Shown in pieces: positions 13,659 to 27,289 of a DNA stretch of 64,000 nucleotides; position 1 is the stretch's first letter; each line of letters begins with the position of its first letter. The notes below the pieces were generated by a model that was not told where the DNA came from, did no database searches, and saw only the letters and a program-made list of their open reading frames with translations. The DNA is from Octopus bimaculoides (Eukaryota), in the NCBI RefSeq assembly GCF_001194135.2, contig NC_069001.1, forward strand, positions 30,498,891 to 30,562,890, read 5' to 3'. The translations under genes and the position numbers were made by a program.

Positions 13659-14358
13659 ATAATGCGATTTTTTGAATTGCATGAACTAAAAGTCGGAGGG
13701 GGACGGGATAAACTACCTTCATCAATTTGCAATAAAAGCAGACAGTAATTTAACATTGTCCTTACTTTTAGTTCAAGTTTTGAAGAGTGCAGTTACATTT
13801 TAACAGTTATTTTTTTAAAACCTATAATTGAAGTAAAGAGGAGCATATTTGGCATATTTTTGTTATGAGTTCGATAAAGCCAACAATGCAACGGAAAGTG
13901 CGAGGAATATTGAGGCATTTTATGGGGATGGAAGAATAAGTGTAAGCCAGTGTCAACGGTGGTTTCCGAAATTCCGAGCGCGAAACTACCGCCTAGAAGC
14001 CGAGGATACAGTCAGGATAACATGCCAAATTCTGGAGCAGTTTGAATGGGAAACGAATCCCCACCCACCATATTTACCGGGCATTGTCTTATATGATTAT
14101 TATATATTCCGCTGTGTTCAAAATTCTTTGGACATAAAAAATATGAATTCTGTAGACGACGTCAGAACAGCACTGGAGAAGTATTTTTCGTCACATAGAA
14201 GTGAATTTTGGAAGAGAGGCCTTGTAAATCTATCGGATAAATGGAAGGGCATTGTAGACAATGAAGGAGAGCATATTTTAGATTAAGAAGAACTGTGTTT
14301 ATCTTAATTTTGAAAAATAAAAGAAGTATAATGAGCCCCATTATTTATAGGATGACCT

Positions 14359-14360
<2 letters not shown>
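13659..14360 (+). mobile_element. Internally deleted mariner element (non-autonomous)
   Basis: ORF 13849-14286 joins the N-terminal HTH (YEFDKANNATESARNI...SQCQRWF) to the C-terminus (LEQFEWETNPHPPYLPG...DYYIFR...EGEHILD). Right TIR CATTATTTATAGGATGACCTAA; partial left TIR ATAATGCGATTTTT. Confidence 0.9.
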
Positions 14361-14401
<41 letters not shown>

Positions 14402-15769
14402 ATCAATGTATTTTCTGTGTTAAACTGTTTACACTACATATGAATTTCCCAATTCCGCTGTTGGCCCAGTTAAAAATAATAAATAAATTTAGATGACTTG
14501 TGATTTGCTTTTCTAATTTATGTGAAATAATACCATAACAAGTGTGTGTGTGTGTGTTCATNNNNNNNNNNNNNNNNNNNNNNNNNNNNNNNNNNNNNNN
14601 NNNNNNNNNNNNNNNNNNNNNNNNNNNNNNNNNNNNNNNNNNNNNNNNNNNNNNNNNNNNNNNNNNNNNNNNNNNNNNNNNNNNNNNNNNNNNNNNNNNN
14701 NNNNNNNNNNNNNNNNNNNNNNNNNNNNNNNNNNNNNNNNNNNNNNNNNNNNNNNNNNNNNNNNNNNNNNNNNNNNNNNNNNNNNNNNNNNNNNNNNNNN
14801 NNNNNNNNNNNNNNNNNNNNNNNNNNNNNNNNNNNNNNNNNNNNNNNNNNNNNNNNNNNNNNNNNNNNNNNNNNNNNNNNNNNNNNNNNNNNNNNNNNNN
14901 NNNNNNNNNNNNNNNNNNNNNNNNNNNNNNNNNNNNNNNNNNNNNNNNNNNNNNNNNNNNNNATATATATATATAATTATTTTATATCACATATACATGT
15001 ATATAGATAAATAGACAGACAGATAGATAGATAGATATTGAATTGACATAGAGAGAGAGAGAGAGATAATTATAAATATATATATATATGGACGCATATT
15101 GTTTAGCTAATCTTAACGAAAAGATTATTGGAGTTTGTCGTTTTCTTTCGTTTATTTGAAATGCCTGCATTTGATACAACATGATAAAATATCTAATACA
15201 TTTTGGGGTGCGAGGGTATGATACTCGAATTTCAGTACGTATGCCCAAAAAAAAACAAGAAAAAAAACTTGAAGAAAAACGAACGGCTGATATACGGTGT
15301 CGTCGGAGAAACATTTATCTTGTAAAAAGAGATTATTTTTTTCCCTTTACATCGATTGCTTCGATTACTCAAATTGCATTTTTGGAAGGCTATTGAATAG
15401 TTCGAGATTATCTCTTACAAAATACCTTTTTTTTTTTTCATATCCCCCAACCTCTTAATACTTTCTCCCTTGCATTAACACTTTTTTTCAAGAAAGTATC
15501 ATCATCGTCATCATAATCATCATCATTGTCATCATATTATAGAGATTATTATTATTATTATTATTGTTTTGCGCGCCCTTGATAGCAAACGTTATAAACA
15601 AGCACTTTATATGCAAAGAATTCTATTGTCTAAGACAAAAAAGAGTAATAAAAAAAGGAGGGAAAAAGCGTATTTTCCATTTCAATTCTATACATTTCAT
15701 GTGAAAGACGTCTTCACCTTATTCCAGTAAAGAAGTTTCTGGTTCACTATTTCGAAAATTTACCATTAA

Positions 15770-16050
15770 CTTTTCAGAATTCTATTCTTCTTCTTCTTCT
15801 TCTTCTTCTTCTTCTTGTTTTCGTTATTATTATTATTATTATTATTACTAGTAGTAGTAGTAGTATCATGATTATTATTATTATCTTCATCATCATTATT
15901 ATTATTATTGTTATTATCATCACCATCAGCATTGTTATATTTAATATTATTATTAGCATTAGTGGTTATAGTAGTAGCACCAGCAGACACAGTTGTGGCT
16001 GTCGTTGCGGTAATGGTTGTAGTCCACTGTGCTGTTGGTGGTAGCTGATC
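15770..16050. repeat. Compound trinucleotide repeat (TTC)n(TTA)n(GTA)n(TCA)n
   Basis: Seen directly. Confidence 0.9.
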
Positions 16051-16630
16051 GTGTTTTTACTGGATATTTTGACACGTAAATCCTGGGTGAATAAAACGTT
16101 GATACGGTAAAACTAGTTAGTAGGAGAGGTTGTACTTTTTCCCAACGATAGAAATTGAATGAATAATAAAAAAATAAAAGTTATACGCTCACACACTAAC
16201 ACACAGATAGATAGATAGATAGATAAATAGATAAATAGATAGATAGATAGATAGATATAATGCGAACTACATCGAAATGAAAGACAAATAAAAGGCAAAA
16301 TTTGTATATAAAAATAAGAGAAAAACAGCAGAAGAGTAAGTAGAATATAAAAATAAGGAAAAACAATGAAAAATATTCAAACAAACGAGGAACTTCCTTG
16401 CAAAATGAAGCTTTGCGAAACTAATGCTTTACGTGATTTCATCTAAAATAAAGATGGCCACCATTGTCGATTGAGGCGTCTCTCCTCAGGCATAAATGGA
16501 AGGCCGATAGGAACACTTGCTTTTTATTGTGTTTACACATACGTACATGCATACATTTGATATATAGGAACACACACACACACACACACACACTGGTGTA
16601 TATATACATACATATATAAACATATATATG

Positions 16631-16671
<41 letters not shown>

Positions 16672-17006
16672 ATTCATACATACATTACATATATGTATAT
16701 ATATATATTTGCATGCATATAAACACTTTTATACATAGGTATATATATATATATATATATATANNNNNNNNNNNNNNNNNNNNNNNNNNNNNNNNNNNNN
16801 NNNNNNNNNNNNNNNNNNNNNNNNNNNNNNNNNNNNNNNNNNNNNNNNNNNNNNNNNNNNNNNNNNNNNNNNNNNNNNNNNNNNNNNNNNNNNNNNNNNN
16901 NNNNNNNNNNNNNNNNNNNNNNNNNNNNNNNNNNNNNNNNNNNNNNNNNNNNNNNNNNNNNNNNNNNNNNNNNNNNNNNNNNNNNNNNNNNNNNNNNNNN
17001 NNNNNN

Positions 17007-17055
<49 letters not shown>

Positions 17056-18714
17056 GACACACACACACACAAACAAGTATATATACATATGTACGTATAA
17101 TTTCTAAATGGAACGTGATAATGTTTTATGGATAAAAATTTCAATTTAAGTGCTCTGCGTTGATTAAATGCAGTATACAGATCACACTTCACGGGTCGAA
17201 ACATCGTATCTACAGGCATCAGCATTGCTTTTGCTTAGAAAAGTACCTTATAACATTGTGCAGAAAATATTTATTTCTGCTTCACTATATCAGACAAGTA
17301 AATAAAACTATCGTTGTATATGTCATTGTATGGGTTCGTGCCATTTATATGAAGAAAAACATATATAATAGTATGCTTTAACTAAGTATATATGGGTTCC
17401 AGAGGGTTGTTATAGGGGGAATTTACTATGCTTGACCACGCTGTAGAATACGTGTACACTCATAAATAAAACCCTGCCTTTATGCAGATGTCGAGTTCCG
17501 AGCATTTACATGTGCATATCGCTTTTACTTTTAATTATTTGAAGATCAGTCCTTATAACCTTAACTCACTCCATGATTACAATGTAGGTAATAGAAACAA
17601 TGTCAAATTTTGCATTTGACAAATGTTTCGCATAGTTTTACTATTTTTTACTAGATGATTGGTTGTAGAATAATCCAGAGGGAAATCTATTAGCAACTAC
17701 ATAAACTGACAGGCCTTCGACCTATGACAAGTTTCAATTGTCGCAACGAACAAAAATCTCAGACGTTGAGTGACTCCGTTATTCCTAAATACTGCTGAAT
17801 ATTCATAAAAATATACATATACTCATATTTTGAGTTCTACTTTTCATTTTTGCATTAACATACCATATATATATATATATATACATACATATAAGGCCTA
17901 CAAAAAACAACAGGGAAGTAGCCGATTATCTACCAGTTCCACACATTATATGTATGTATCTATTTATGTATGTACGTATATATGTATGCATGTATGTCTC
18001 TTATTGTTCAGTTTTATTTCAAGATTTCTAGCCAATGGAGAAAGAACCGGTTTCTAAGCTAGATCAAATGCTCCTTCATTGGAATTTCAACATCAATAAT
18101 ATGGCATTTTTGTTTGCATATGTATATATGTATGAATATGTGCAATGTATGTATGTGTGTATGTATGTATACTTGCAATAACACACTCTGTATTTCAAAC
18201 AAGATACCAAATTAAAAGAAAATGAATAACTCTTCTCATAGCAAAATATTTCACGCGGCAGTAAGCTTATATAATGATAACAAACATTTAAAATTTATGA
18301 CCTTGCTTCTTAGGGACGGCAGATGTATTCATATATCTCTGCAGGTATGGACGTAAATCTTGTAGGAATTACATGCATTTTGTGGATAAATGTCCTGCAT
18401 AAAATACTATAATCACCTTTTACGTTTGCAATCGTTCAGCCGTATCTTAAATGTGTTACTCTTTCTGCTCATAAAGATCTATGAACGTCGCTGCCATTTG
18501 TTTTCGTGGTTGCATTCTGTTTGGTAATGTTGCTTAGAGACTTGGACGAGATGATGATGTGTGTGCAGCGGCATTTGAATGTAGTTTGCTCTGTGTGTCT
18601 GTGTGTAGGTTTCTGAATATCAATGTATGCATGTATCCGTGTATATGTCTGCTGGGTTTATGTGTTCGCATGTGTGTATATTTGTGCGTATATTTGAATA
18701 TCTATGTATTTAAT

Positions 18715-18764
<50 letters not shown>

Positions 18765-18985
18765 ACATACATTCTGTCTATCTTTCTACCTATGTATCTC
18801 TGGAAGGTGTGGCCATGCTGGGACACCGGTATTTGTTTTGCATAACTTCCATTAAACCGCTTTGATATACACTGTTTATATACATATGTACACACATTTG
18901 CATGCCACACACACATATACATAAACATATATAAATATATATATATATACACATTCATAAACGTTTGAGTATATATTTCTACCTA

Positions 18986-19096
<111 letters not shown>

Positions 19097-19716
19097 ATAT
19101 GCATGCATACATGAAGACTCACGCTTCTATATGCATACGTATATGTTCCTATATAGTTGTGTGTATATATATTTGCATAACATATACACGCGTGCGTGCG
19201 CACTCACACGCAAACTGTACAAAGAAGAGAGGAAGGTTCAGGAAGACAGCAAGTTAGATAGATAAATAGATAGGCACTTTGACCCGTGTGTTAACCATTG
19301 CCGTTGCCTCGTGCGATGTGTACACTTGAGGAATGTCATGGTTCAAATGACATGCATATTCTCATTTGACAGAAAAAATCTACAGATATATGATTATGTC
19401 GGTTTTGCCTGGATGAACTTGAGCATTCGGTATATTATCTCTTGACCTTGTTGTTTTATTTTTATGTTATATAATATAGATTTATGCATTTAGTCTTTCA
19501 TTTATTTAACTTGTTTTTTTTTGTTTTAATGTTTTCTATTGTGATATATTCCTTAAATTATATTTTTCTCTTTCGTCCACACGGTATGTAGAATTATAAA
19601 AGTATTGCTCTTCACAGTTATGTTTGTGGTTTCATAAATCTTATCACAAAATTGTATTCAATGAAAAAGTCACGGCATACTTAGATATAACCGTTATGCA
19701 GTACGTTGTGCTGTGA

Positions 19717-20140
19717 AAGGCAGCGAGCTGGCAGAGACGTTAGCACGTCTGGCGAAATGCTTAGCGGTAGTTCATCAGTCTTTACGTTCTGAGATCAAAT
19801 TCCGCCGAGATCGACTTTGCGTTTCATCCTTTCTGGGTTGATAAAGGAAGTACCAGTTGCGTACTGGGGTCGATCTAATCGCGTGGCCCCTACCCTAAAA
19901 TTTCGCGCCTTGTGCCTTGAGTAGAAAAGAATATTTTGCGCTGTGAAAGGCGGCGATCGAGCAGAAACGTTAACACGCCAGGCAAAATGCGTAACGGTAT
20001 TTCGTCTGTTTTTACATTCTGTGATCAAATTCCTACGAAATCGACATGCGTTTCATTGCTTCGGGGTCGATAAATTAAGTACCAGTTGCGCGTTGGGGTC
20101 GATCCAGAAAGTTTCGGCCTTGGCCTAGAGTAGAACAAAA
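19717..20140 (+). mobile_element. Head-to-tail dimer of family A SINEs
   Basis: Units start at 19717 and 19947 with AAGGC(A/G)GCGA and end in GAGTAGAA(A/C)A. Confidence 0.85.
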
Positions 20141-20704
20141 TTTTGCGCTGTGTTTCGCCGAAACTCGGGGGTAGTCATATCACCTTTTGTCACTTGTTGG
20201 GGCGTGAATGAGTACGAACATGTGTATGCCGGTGTGTGCACGTATGACTGTGGGTTTATCCATTTAGCAAATTATAGCAATAAAACACTTTGTTGAAAAC
20301 AGACATTTCTCAACCCCTCCCCCACTGCTTCATTATTTTATATATCCATTACAACGATAGGAAAGTATTGTAGAAGAATAACCCGTTTTTTTTTTGGCAT
20401 ATAAACCTCAGTAACAAAATGTTATATGGTCCCCCAAGCGTCGTATTGACCCCAGTTGAAAACCCAAGATTGTATATACTTATTTGCGTATCTGTGCACT
20501 CCTGTGTATTCATACACATACATGCACAGAAGATATTCACACAATCAGATATATGCAAAGACTAATACCCCCATCAAACGATTCAGCAATTCAGCCTCAA
20601 AGTTGAGATATACCAGACGACATTTAAAGTAACATATCATATAAATGGAAACGACAAGCTCAGAAGTTAGGAATCATATAAAAATAAGGAACGTACGGGA
20701 AAGT

Positions 20705-21125
20705 TTAATCGCATTAGATTTAACTACAAACATATATTCTTTTAATTCACATGTCTTCTCCGGTCATTTTTTATACAAACTCTTCACCATTGTGATTCCT
20801 GGATTTGTAGAAACACGGTGAGATTACACCCTAATTCTAACTGCCGTCATTCTGCATAGCACGCAAGCAGCAGAATATCTGTGCCACCGTATCTCTACTT
20901 AAAGGAAACATTAATCGCATTAGATTTAACTACAGTTTAAATTTAACATCTAACATCTTAATTCACTTCTCTTCTCTGGTCATTTTTTATACATACTCTC
21001 CACCAATGAGATTCCTGGATTTGCAGAAGGACTATGTGGTTACCCGCTAACTCTAAATGCTGCCATTCTTGATAGCATGCAAACGACACAATATGTGTGC
21101 CACAGAATGTCCGTTTAAAGGAAAC
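20705..21125. repeat. Diverged ~206-bp tandem duplication
   Basis: TTAATCGCATTAGATTTAACTACA at 20705 and 20911; both units end in TTAAAGGAAAC. Confidence 0.85.
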
Positions 21126-21699
21126 TTCATAATTATAACGTTTCTCTTCCCCAGTACTAATGTCTACAAAGACATTAGCTACGTCTTCAAAGTCAAAATA
21201 GTTGTGTCACACTTCATCTGTTGCGAAAAGCCTGTGTAACAGAATGGACAGCTGTCAATAGATTCATAATGATACGCAGCAAACTGCCTATTGAAATTTG
21301 ATTGACGTTTGCGACATCATTGCAGCAGCTATTGATGAGGGCGATGGTGCTGGTGCTGGTAACGATTTTATTGATGATGTTGGTGATAACTATTTACAAT
21401 TATTACCATTATTATTATTATTATTATTACTGCTGTTGTTGTCGTCGTTGTTCTTGTTGATTTTGACGGTGTAGTGGTGATGATGGTGGTAGTGGTAACT
21501 GCTGCAGATCGTGCTATTTTTGTTGAAGCAATTTTTGAGCTGCTGCTGCGGCTCCTACTGCTAATGCTGTCTGTAATATTGTTTGATGTGTTGAACGATG
21601 TGGTCTTATTTTGACATCTCAGAAAACGGTGAGACAATTCATACATATATAAATACATATATATATACATATATACATATATATATGTACATATATATA

Positions 21700-21782
<83 letters not shown>

Positions 21783-21871
21783 GTACATACATGCATACAT
21801 ACATGCATACATACATACGCACATGTAAATTATACACGTATGTATATATACATATAGGTATACATACATAC

Positions 21872-21917
<46 letters not shown>

Positions 21918-22000
21918 GCATATATATACTTCGTATACATACATATACATATACACACACATTTATCTGTCATTCTATATAATCTATCTATGTCTCCTCA

Positions 22001-22063
<63 letters not shown>

Positions 22064-23021
22064 ATATACATATATATATGTATAGACATATACTCATATG
22101 TATTTGAGCATATATGTGCGTGAGTATAGCAACATCACAATTATTCAACTTGTATTCTGTCAGATCATAATACCATATCAACTCTGATGTCAACATAATA
22201 TAACTGTCTTCTGATTTATATACTTGATTCTGACATATTTTTAATAACTCTTTTATACGATGCATTATTTAGAAAACTACAATACAAACTTACTGCATTT
22301 TTTATATATATTTTCAAGAATGACCATTCGTATATTTTTTTTTTTACTTTCCGCAACGTATAGTTTGACAATATATTTTGCACAAAATGCCAGTTGACAG
22401 CATACGTTGGCGCCAGAGAGTCCGAGTGTTATTTCTGATACGTTCATTACCATTGTGTCCGATTTGAGTTCGAATACCGTGGGGGAAAAATTATCATTTG
22501 GTTGTTTCAATCGTCGATCAAAAAGATACTAGACGTATGGCGAGTCCATTTTCGTGTTTATTTCTTAATTTCTGGAGTAAATCGGATGTTGTTAGGCCTG
22601 GAAATGGTTGGGTTGCATTTGGTCACAAAATGATCGAAGAACCGAATATGACAGGGAAATAACCATATGACTTTAGCGAGAAAGTGAGTTCTGATATTTA
22701 CTATATTCTTTATGTATATATTTAATTATGAAATATATTTGTACTCGTACAGACTTCACTGATAAACTACATATGGCAAAATAATTTATTTGCACATTGA
22801 TACAGAAACTCGAATCTGAGGTTACTAGAAACATTTTTTTTTCATTCCCTTTGAAATTGAATTCATTTGTGGTTTGGTCTTTGACTGTGCTTTCTAGCAT
22901 GTAAGGTGTCCTGTCAAAAGTCACCACTTTCCTGTATAAATATTTAAATTGTTTATACGCTATTATATATGTACTGGTACATATGTGTATGTACTGGTAT
23001 ATGTGTATGTATATGTGCGCG

Positions 23022-23272
23022 TAGAAGGTTGGCCAAAGGTCACCTGACAGTAAATCAAAACCGTTTAATTCTAAGATTTATTTATGTTTAACAACTGAAT
23101 GAATTTAATAAAAGTAGAAGCATCTAAATATGTGACATCATGAAAATTGTCAAATTGTCCAAAATGAAGTCCATTTCTTGCAACACATTTTTCCATCCAA
23201 GTCAATAGAGAGTTACAGATAGTATTTATGGAATTTTGATTTATTGTCTGGTGACTCTTGGCCAACCATCTA
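23022..23272 (-). mobile_element. Tc1/mariner-type MITE with ~40-bp TIRs and TA flanks
   Basis: TAGAAGGTTGGCCAAAGGTCACCTGACAGTAAATCAAAA versus the reverse complement of the right end TAGATGGTTGGCCAAGAGTCACCAGACAATAAATCAAAA. Internal remnant SLLTWMEKCVARNGLHFGQF resembles a transposase C-terminus. Confidence 0.8.
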
Positions 23273-23569
23273 TATATATATACATATCTAGAGAGAGATT
23301 GATTGAGAGAGAGAGAAATAGACTGAGAGGACAGAGCGAAAAAGAGACGTACATACATATATAATAGGTGCATGTCCGCCGTATGCTTAAGTCCCGGTTG
23401 CTTATCGGTGATCGTAATCAGCTGAATAACATAAAACAGCAGAAAATGATACGCTTTTCTCCACAGTTTCTTTCAGCCGGTCTACCCCCACCCCTGAACG
23501 GCCTTACATTTGTGAATACAAAATCCCCAAATACTAAGCCAGGTATATGCAAAAAGAGGAGTTATGGTG

Positions 23570-23715
23570 TTACTATTACTCGTTTCAGTCATTGGACTGC
23601 GCCCATGCTACGGGACCACCTTGAAGAATTTATTGGAACAAATCGACTCCCGAACTCATTTATCAATGTCTGGTACTTACTCTGCCAGTTTTCCACCGAA
23701 ATGCTAAATTAAAGG
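23570..23715 (-). mobile_element. SINE family C tail fragment
   Basis: TTTCAGTCATTGGACTGCGCCCATGCTACGGGACCACCTTGAAG. Confidence 0.55.
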
Positions 23716-24389
23716 GGCGAGAAAAATGTTGTTATAAGTGAAACAGCAGTTTCTGGAATCTCCGCGATAGATTTAGTTAATCGCCAAAAAGAAAAAAAAA
23801 GATTTACTTCATCGCATTACGCGGCCGTAGGTATGAAATTAATATTGTATGAGACGAACCTACGACATCAGGGTAGAGAAGAATTTTTCCCATTGTATTT
23901 GCTTAAATAATTTCACTGCGACAATGCTGCGGCACAACCTTGAAGGGTTTAATGGAAACAATCGATACAAGTACTTCTTTAATAACCAAGAGATAGTGAA
24001 ACCAGTTCTAGCACGGTAAATCTCTTTTTCCGATATATAAATAAATACATAAATATGTGCGCACACACACACAAACACACACACACATAAATATATGTAT
24101 AAATATATATAATATACATTGTTTATAATATCTCCAACATCTATTGTAGATTTCAGGAAAAATGAAATCGCAAATAAAATGTTCGGCTGATTCTTAGAGA
24201 AATATATTGAAAATTGCGGTTAATAGATACCTTGGGAGATGCGTGTCATCATAATTAAAGAGCTATTGATAATACATCGTAATAATTCCAATATTTTTTT
24301 AGAAGTGTCTTATATGAAATCTGTTTAATTCTACCAACGAAAGCAAGAAGAAAAAAAAAATGTAAGTGGCAATAAGCGTAACAATATAA

Positions 24390-24434
<45 letters not shown>

Positions 24435-24505
24435 AACATATATATATATATATATGTACATATATATATATACATATATATATATATATTTAAATGTATA
24501 TAAAC

Positions 24506-24539
<34 letters not shown>

Positions 24540-24555
24540 ATACATATATATATGT

Positions 24556-24608
<53 letters not shown>

Positions 24609-24829
24609 TAAGTGTGTGTGCATGTGTCTATGTATGTATGGATATATGTGTAACAATATAGGCATATGGAGATATGTATGTGCGTGTGTGTGTGCCGGCA
24701 TACATCCATTGCTTCTCAATGTTTAAATAGATCTATGTCTGAGTATATATGTATAAGCAAATGTGTATGTGCGTGTCAGTGTGCGCGTGCTTTTGCCTCT
24801 GAGTCTGTGAGTGTTTGTGTGTGTAATAT

Positions 24830-24869
<40 letters not shown>

Positions 24870-25230
24870 GCGTCTTGATTCTCTGTGCGTTTTTCAGAAG
24901 TGAGGATATTAAGAAACTCATTCACAACATTGAATGAGATTTCCTTAACAACTGGTGATTATTACGAAGTAATTCACTGGTTGTCAATCCCCTCATGGGA
25001 CACTACAATTTCCAAATTGTGTTTCATAAAGTGTCATTTAGTAGACTCTTTCATTATATACTGTATTTCAATATGTAGCTTATACACTGCAATAAGACAG
25101 CAGACTCTTTCTCTAAGAAATATATCGGAATGGTTTCTATTTGAAGCGTCTTTCTTTCTCCATTCTCTCTCTGTTCCCGTACTTCTCTCTCTTCTTTCCC
25201 CTTTTAATGTATGCGCACACACATACATAA

Positions 25231-25298
<68 letters not shown>

Positions 25299-25613
25299 TC
25301 GTGTCAGTACGTGCGTGTGCATGTATATATATATATATATATATAGATAGATATGTATAGAATGTTAGTTTGCACAAATTTACACTTACGTACACGCCTG
25401 TATATCTATATATTTCAGGGCATAAATATATATATGTGTGTGTGTGTGTGTGTGTATATATAAAGTGTGTGCGTGTGTACATATATATACATATATATAT
25501 GTAAATGTACGTATATAATATGAGAGGAGAAATTGTAAAGTAGAAGACGACGGAGAAGAAAAAGAAGGACGACACTACTGTACCGGAAGATACCGTATAT
25601 ATATATGAGTGTG

Positions 25614-25657
<44 letters not shown>

Positions 25658-25939
25658 CGTGTGTATGTATGCGTACGTGTGTGTTTGTGTACGTGTGTGG
25701 ATGTACTTATATATGTTCATTTCTTCACAGCTTCAGCTCTTTGTTTTTATTAAACATTCCTTCATTTTCTTCAACTTGCTCCGCAGCTAAATTATATCGA
25801 AATGAAGAACCTACGGCTAGTTGCAATTTGCTTTTTTTTTTTTTCTTTTTTTCATATTTTCAATATAAATTATTTTCAGAAATATTATATATATGAAAGA
25901 ATCGTATATTAAATGTTTTATCCGTTTATTAATATATAT

Positions 25940-26230
25940 ATCATGAACATCATCATCATAATCTTCTTCTTCTTCTTCTACGAATGTTTTTTTCTCTTCG
26001 TTTTCTTCTTCGACGTCACCACTATTGTTAACATCATCCTCTCTTATATCATTATTTTCATTATCTTTTTTATCATGTTGATATTTTTATTGTTATTATT
26101 AGTATTACTCTTATTATTATTATTATTTTGATTATTATTAATATTGTTATTAGTTCTATTATTATTATCTTCATCATCCTGTAATCACCATCATCACCAT
26201 TATCATCATTATTATTATCATTATTTGTAG
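25940..26230. repeat. (TTA)n/(TCA)n/(TTC)n tract, probably the expanded 3' tail of the adjacent LINE
   Basis: Lies just 3' of the LINE stop codon on the minus strand. Confidence 0.7.
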
Positions 26231-26289
26231 TAGTTGAAAGCTATTATATGCTAATTAAATTTAGTGGGATGCTATCTTGATGTTTGGTG

Positions 26290-26870
26290 ACGACACGCCT
26301 CCTCAAATCTCAAGTACCTCTTATGATTCTTTGCAGAATTCATTATAACACGTTTCTGCGAAGTGACACTAAGAATTTCAATTCTGTTTCCAGTCTCTCA
26401 ACAGTAGGAGTTGCACATTCGCTTCGTCTTCGGTGATCACATCTGATATTTTCCTTCAACATTCTGCACTGTCTTTGTTGGGAAGTCTCATAGCATTCAA
26501 CAACTGTCATTCTCTCTCCCAAGCTCAGTTTTGTGTTCAAACCACTTTCTTATTATTTCCAATGCACTCTTTCACCTCTTCAGTCATACATGCGAGTGTA
26601 TTCATTTGATTAAATGCAGTTTACATTCGTCTCTTTCCTGCAGATTCCGCCTATGTTCTCTGAATGATTTTTGGCGGTAATTGTCTTCAACAGATTTGTG
26701 CCATTGGCTTTTCCTGGGCGGCTATAATTAGTGCTTCAATTGAGGAGTGTATCAGTTTTCCATCCGTAAACCAGAACCAGCGTTGTTTCTTCCAATATTC
26801 TTCGTTTCTTGCATGAAATGATCATGCAATTCTAGTTTATTCCATTTGCTTCCTCTGCTACCTTCCCTTA
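26290..26870 (-). mobile_element. R4/NeSL-like (RLE-clade) non-LTR retrotransposon, C-terminal remnant
   Basis: KWNKLELHDHF...WFTDGKL...IEALIIAAQE...EYTRMYD...VHWK...KWFEHK...ML*DF...SQKRVIMNSA(R)IIR(K)VLEI*, with stops and shifts. Confidence 0.8.
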
Positions 26871-26884
26871 AGAACTAGAATCCT

Positions 26885-27235
26885 CTAGATACCGACACAG
26901 CAAGAAATATTTTGGTCAAAAATGTGAAGCAATGAATTCCGACTATAAAATAAAAGTAGATACAGTATAGGAACCTAAAGCAGAAATGAAAGGTGGAGTA
27001 AAACAAGGATATACATAACTGTTACAGATGAGAAAGGAAAAGAGATGCTTAGGCTAATACCGAACGGGAAAATCCAGGACTAAACGGTATCCTCAGATTC
27101 GGAATCTAAATCTCCCAACGATACACAAATATATACAACCGTCTCTTACTGAGTGTTTAGAATATGGAACACCAATGTAGATGACAAAAGAATAAAATCC
27201 TAATACAGAAGAAAAGATAAGAAAGGTCAGTATTC
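26885..27235 (+). mobile_element. Same LINE class, pre-RT/RT N-terminal region, inverted relative to 26290-26870
   Basis: EIFWSKM*S...PGLNGILRF...LTECLEYGTPM*MTKE...ILIQK matches FW..IW...WKAPGPDGIQGFW...LNECL..G..P.WMTKG.T.LIQK. Confidence 0.7.
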
Positions 27236-27289
27236 ATAGAACATTATTATCCGGACATTATTATCACCATTATCATCCATATTGTTATA

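Noticed and set aside
22673-22933. Open minus-strand frame after a plausible acceptor (KVVTFDRTPYMLESTVKDQ...)
   Set aside because: No convincing donor and no recognisable homology
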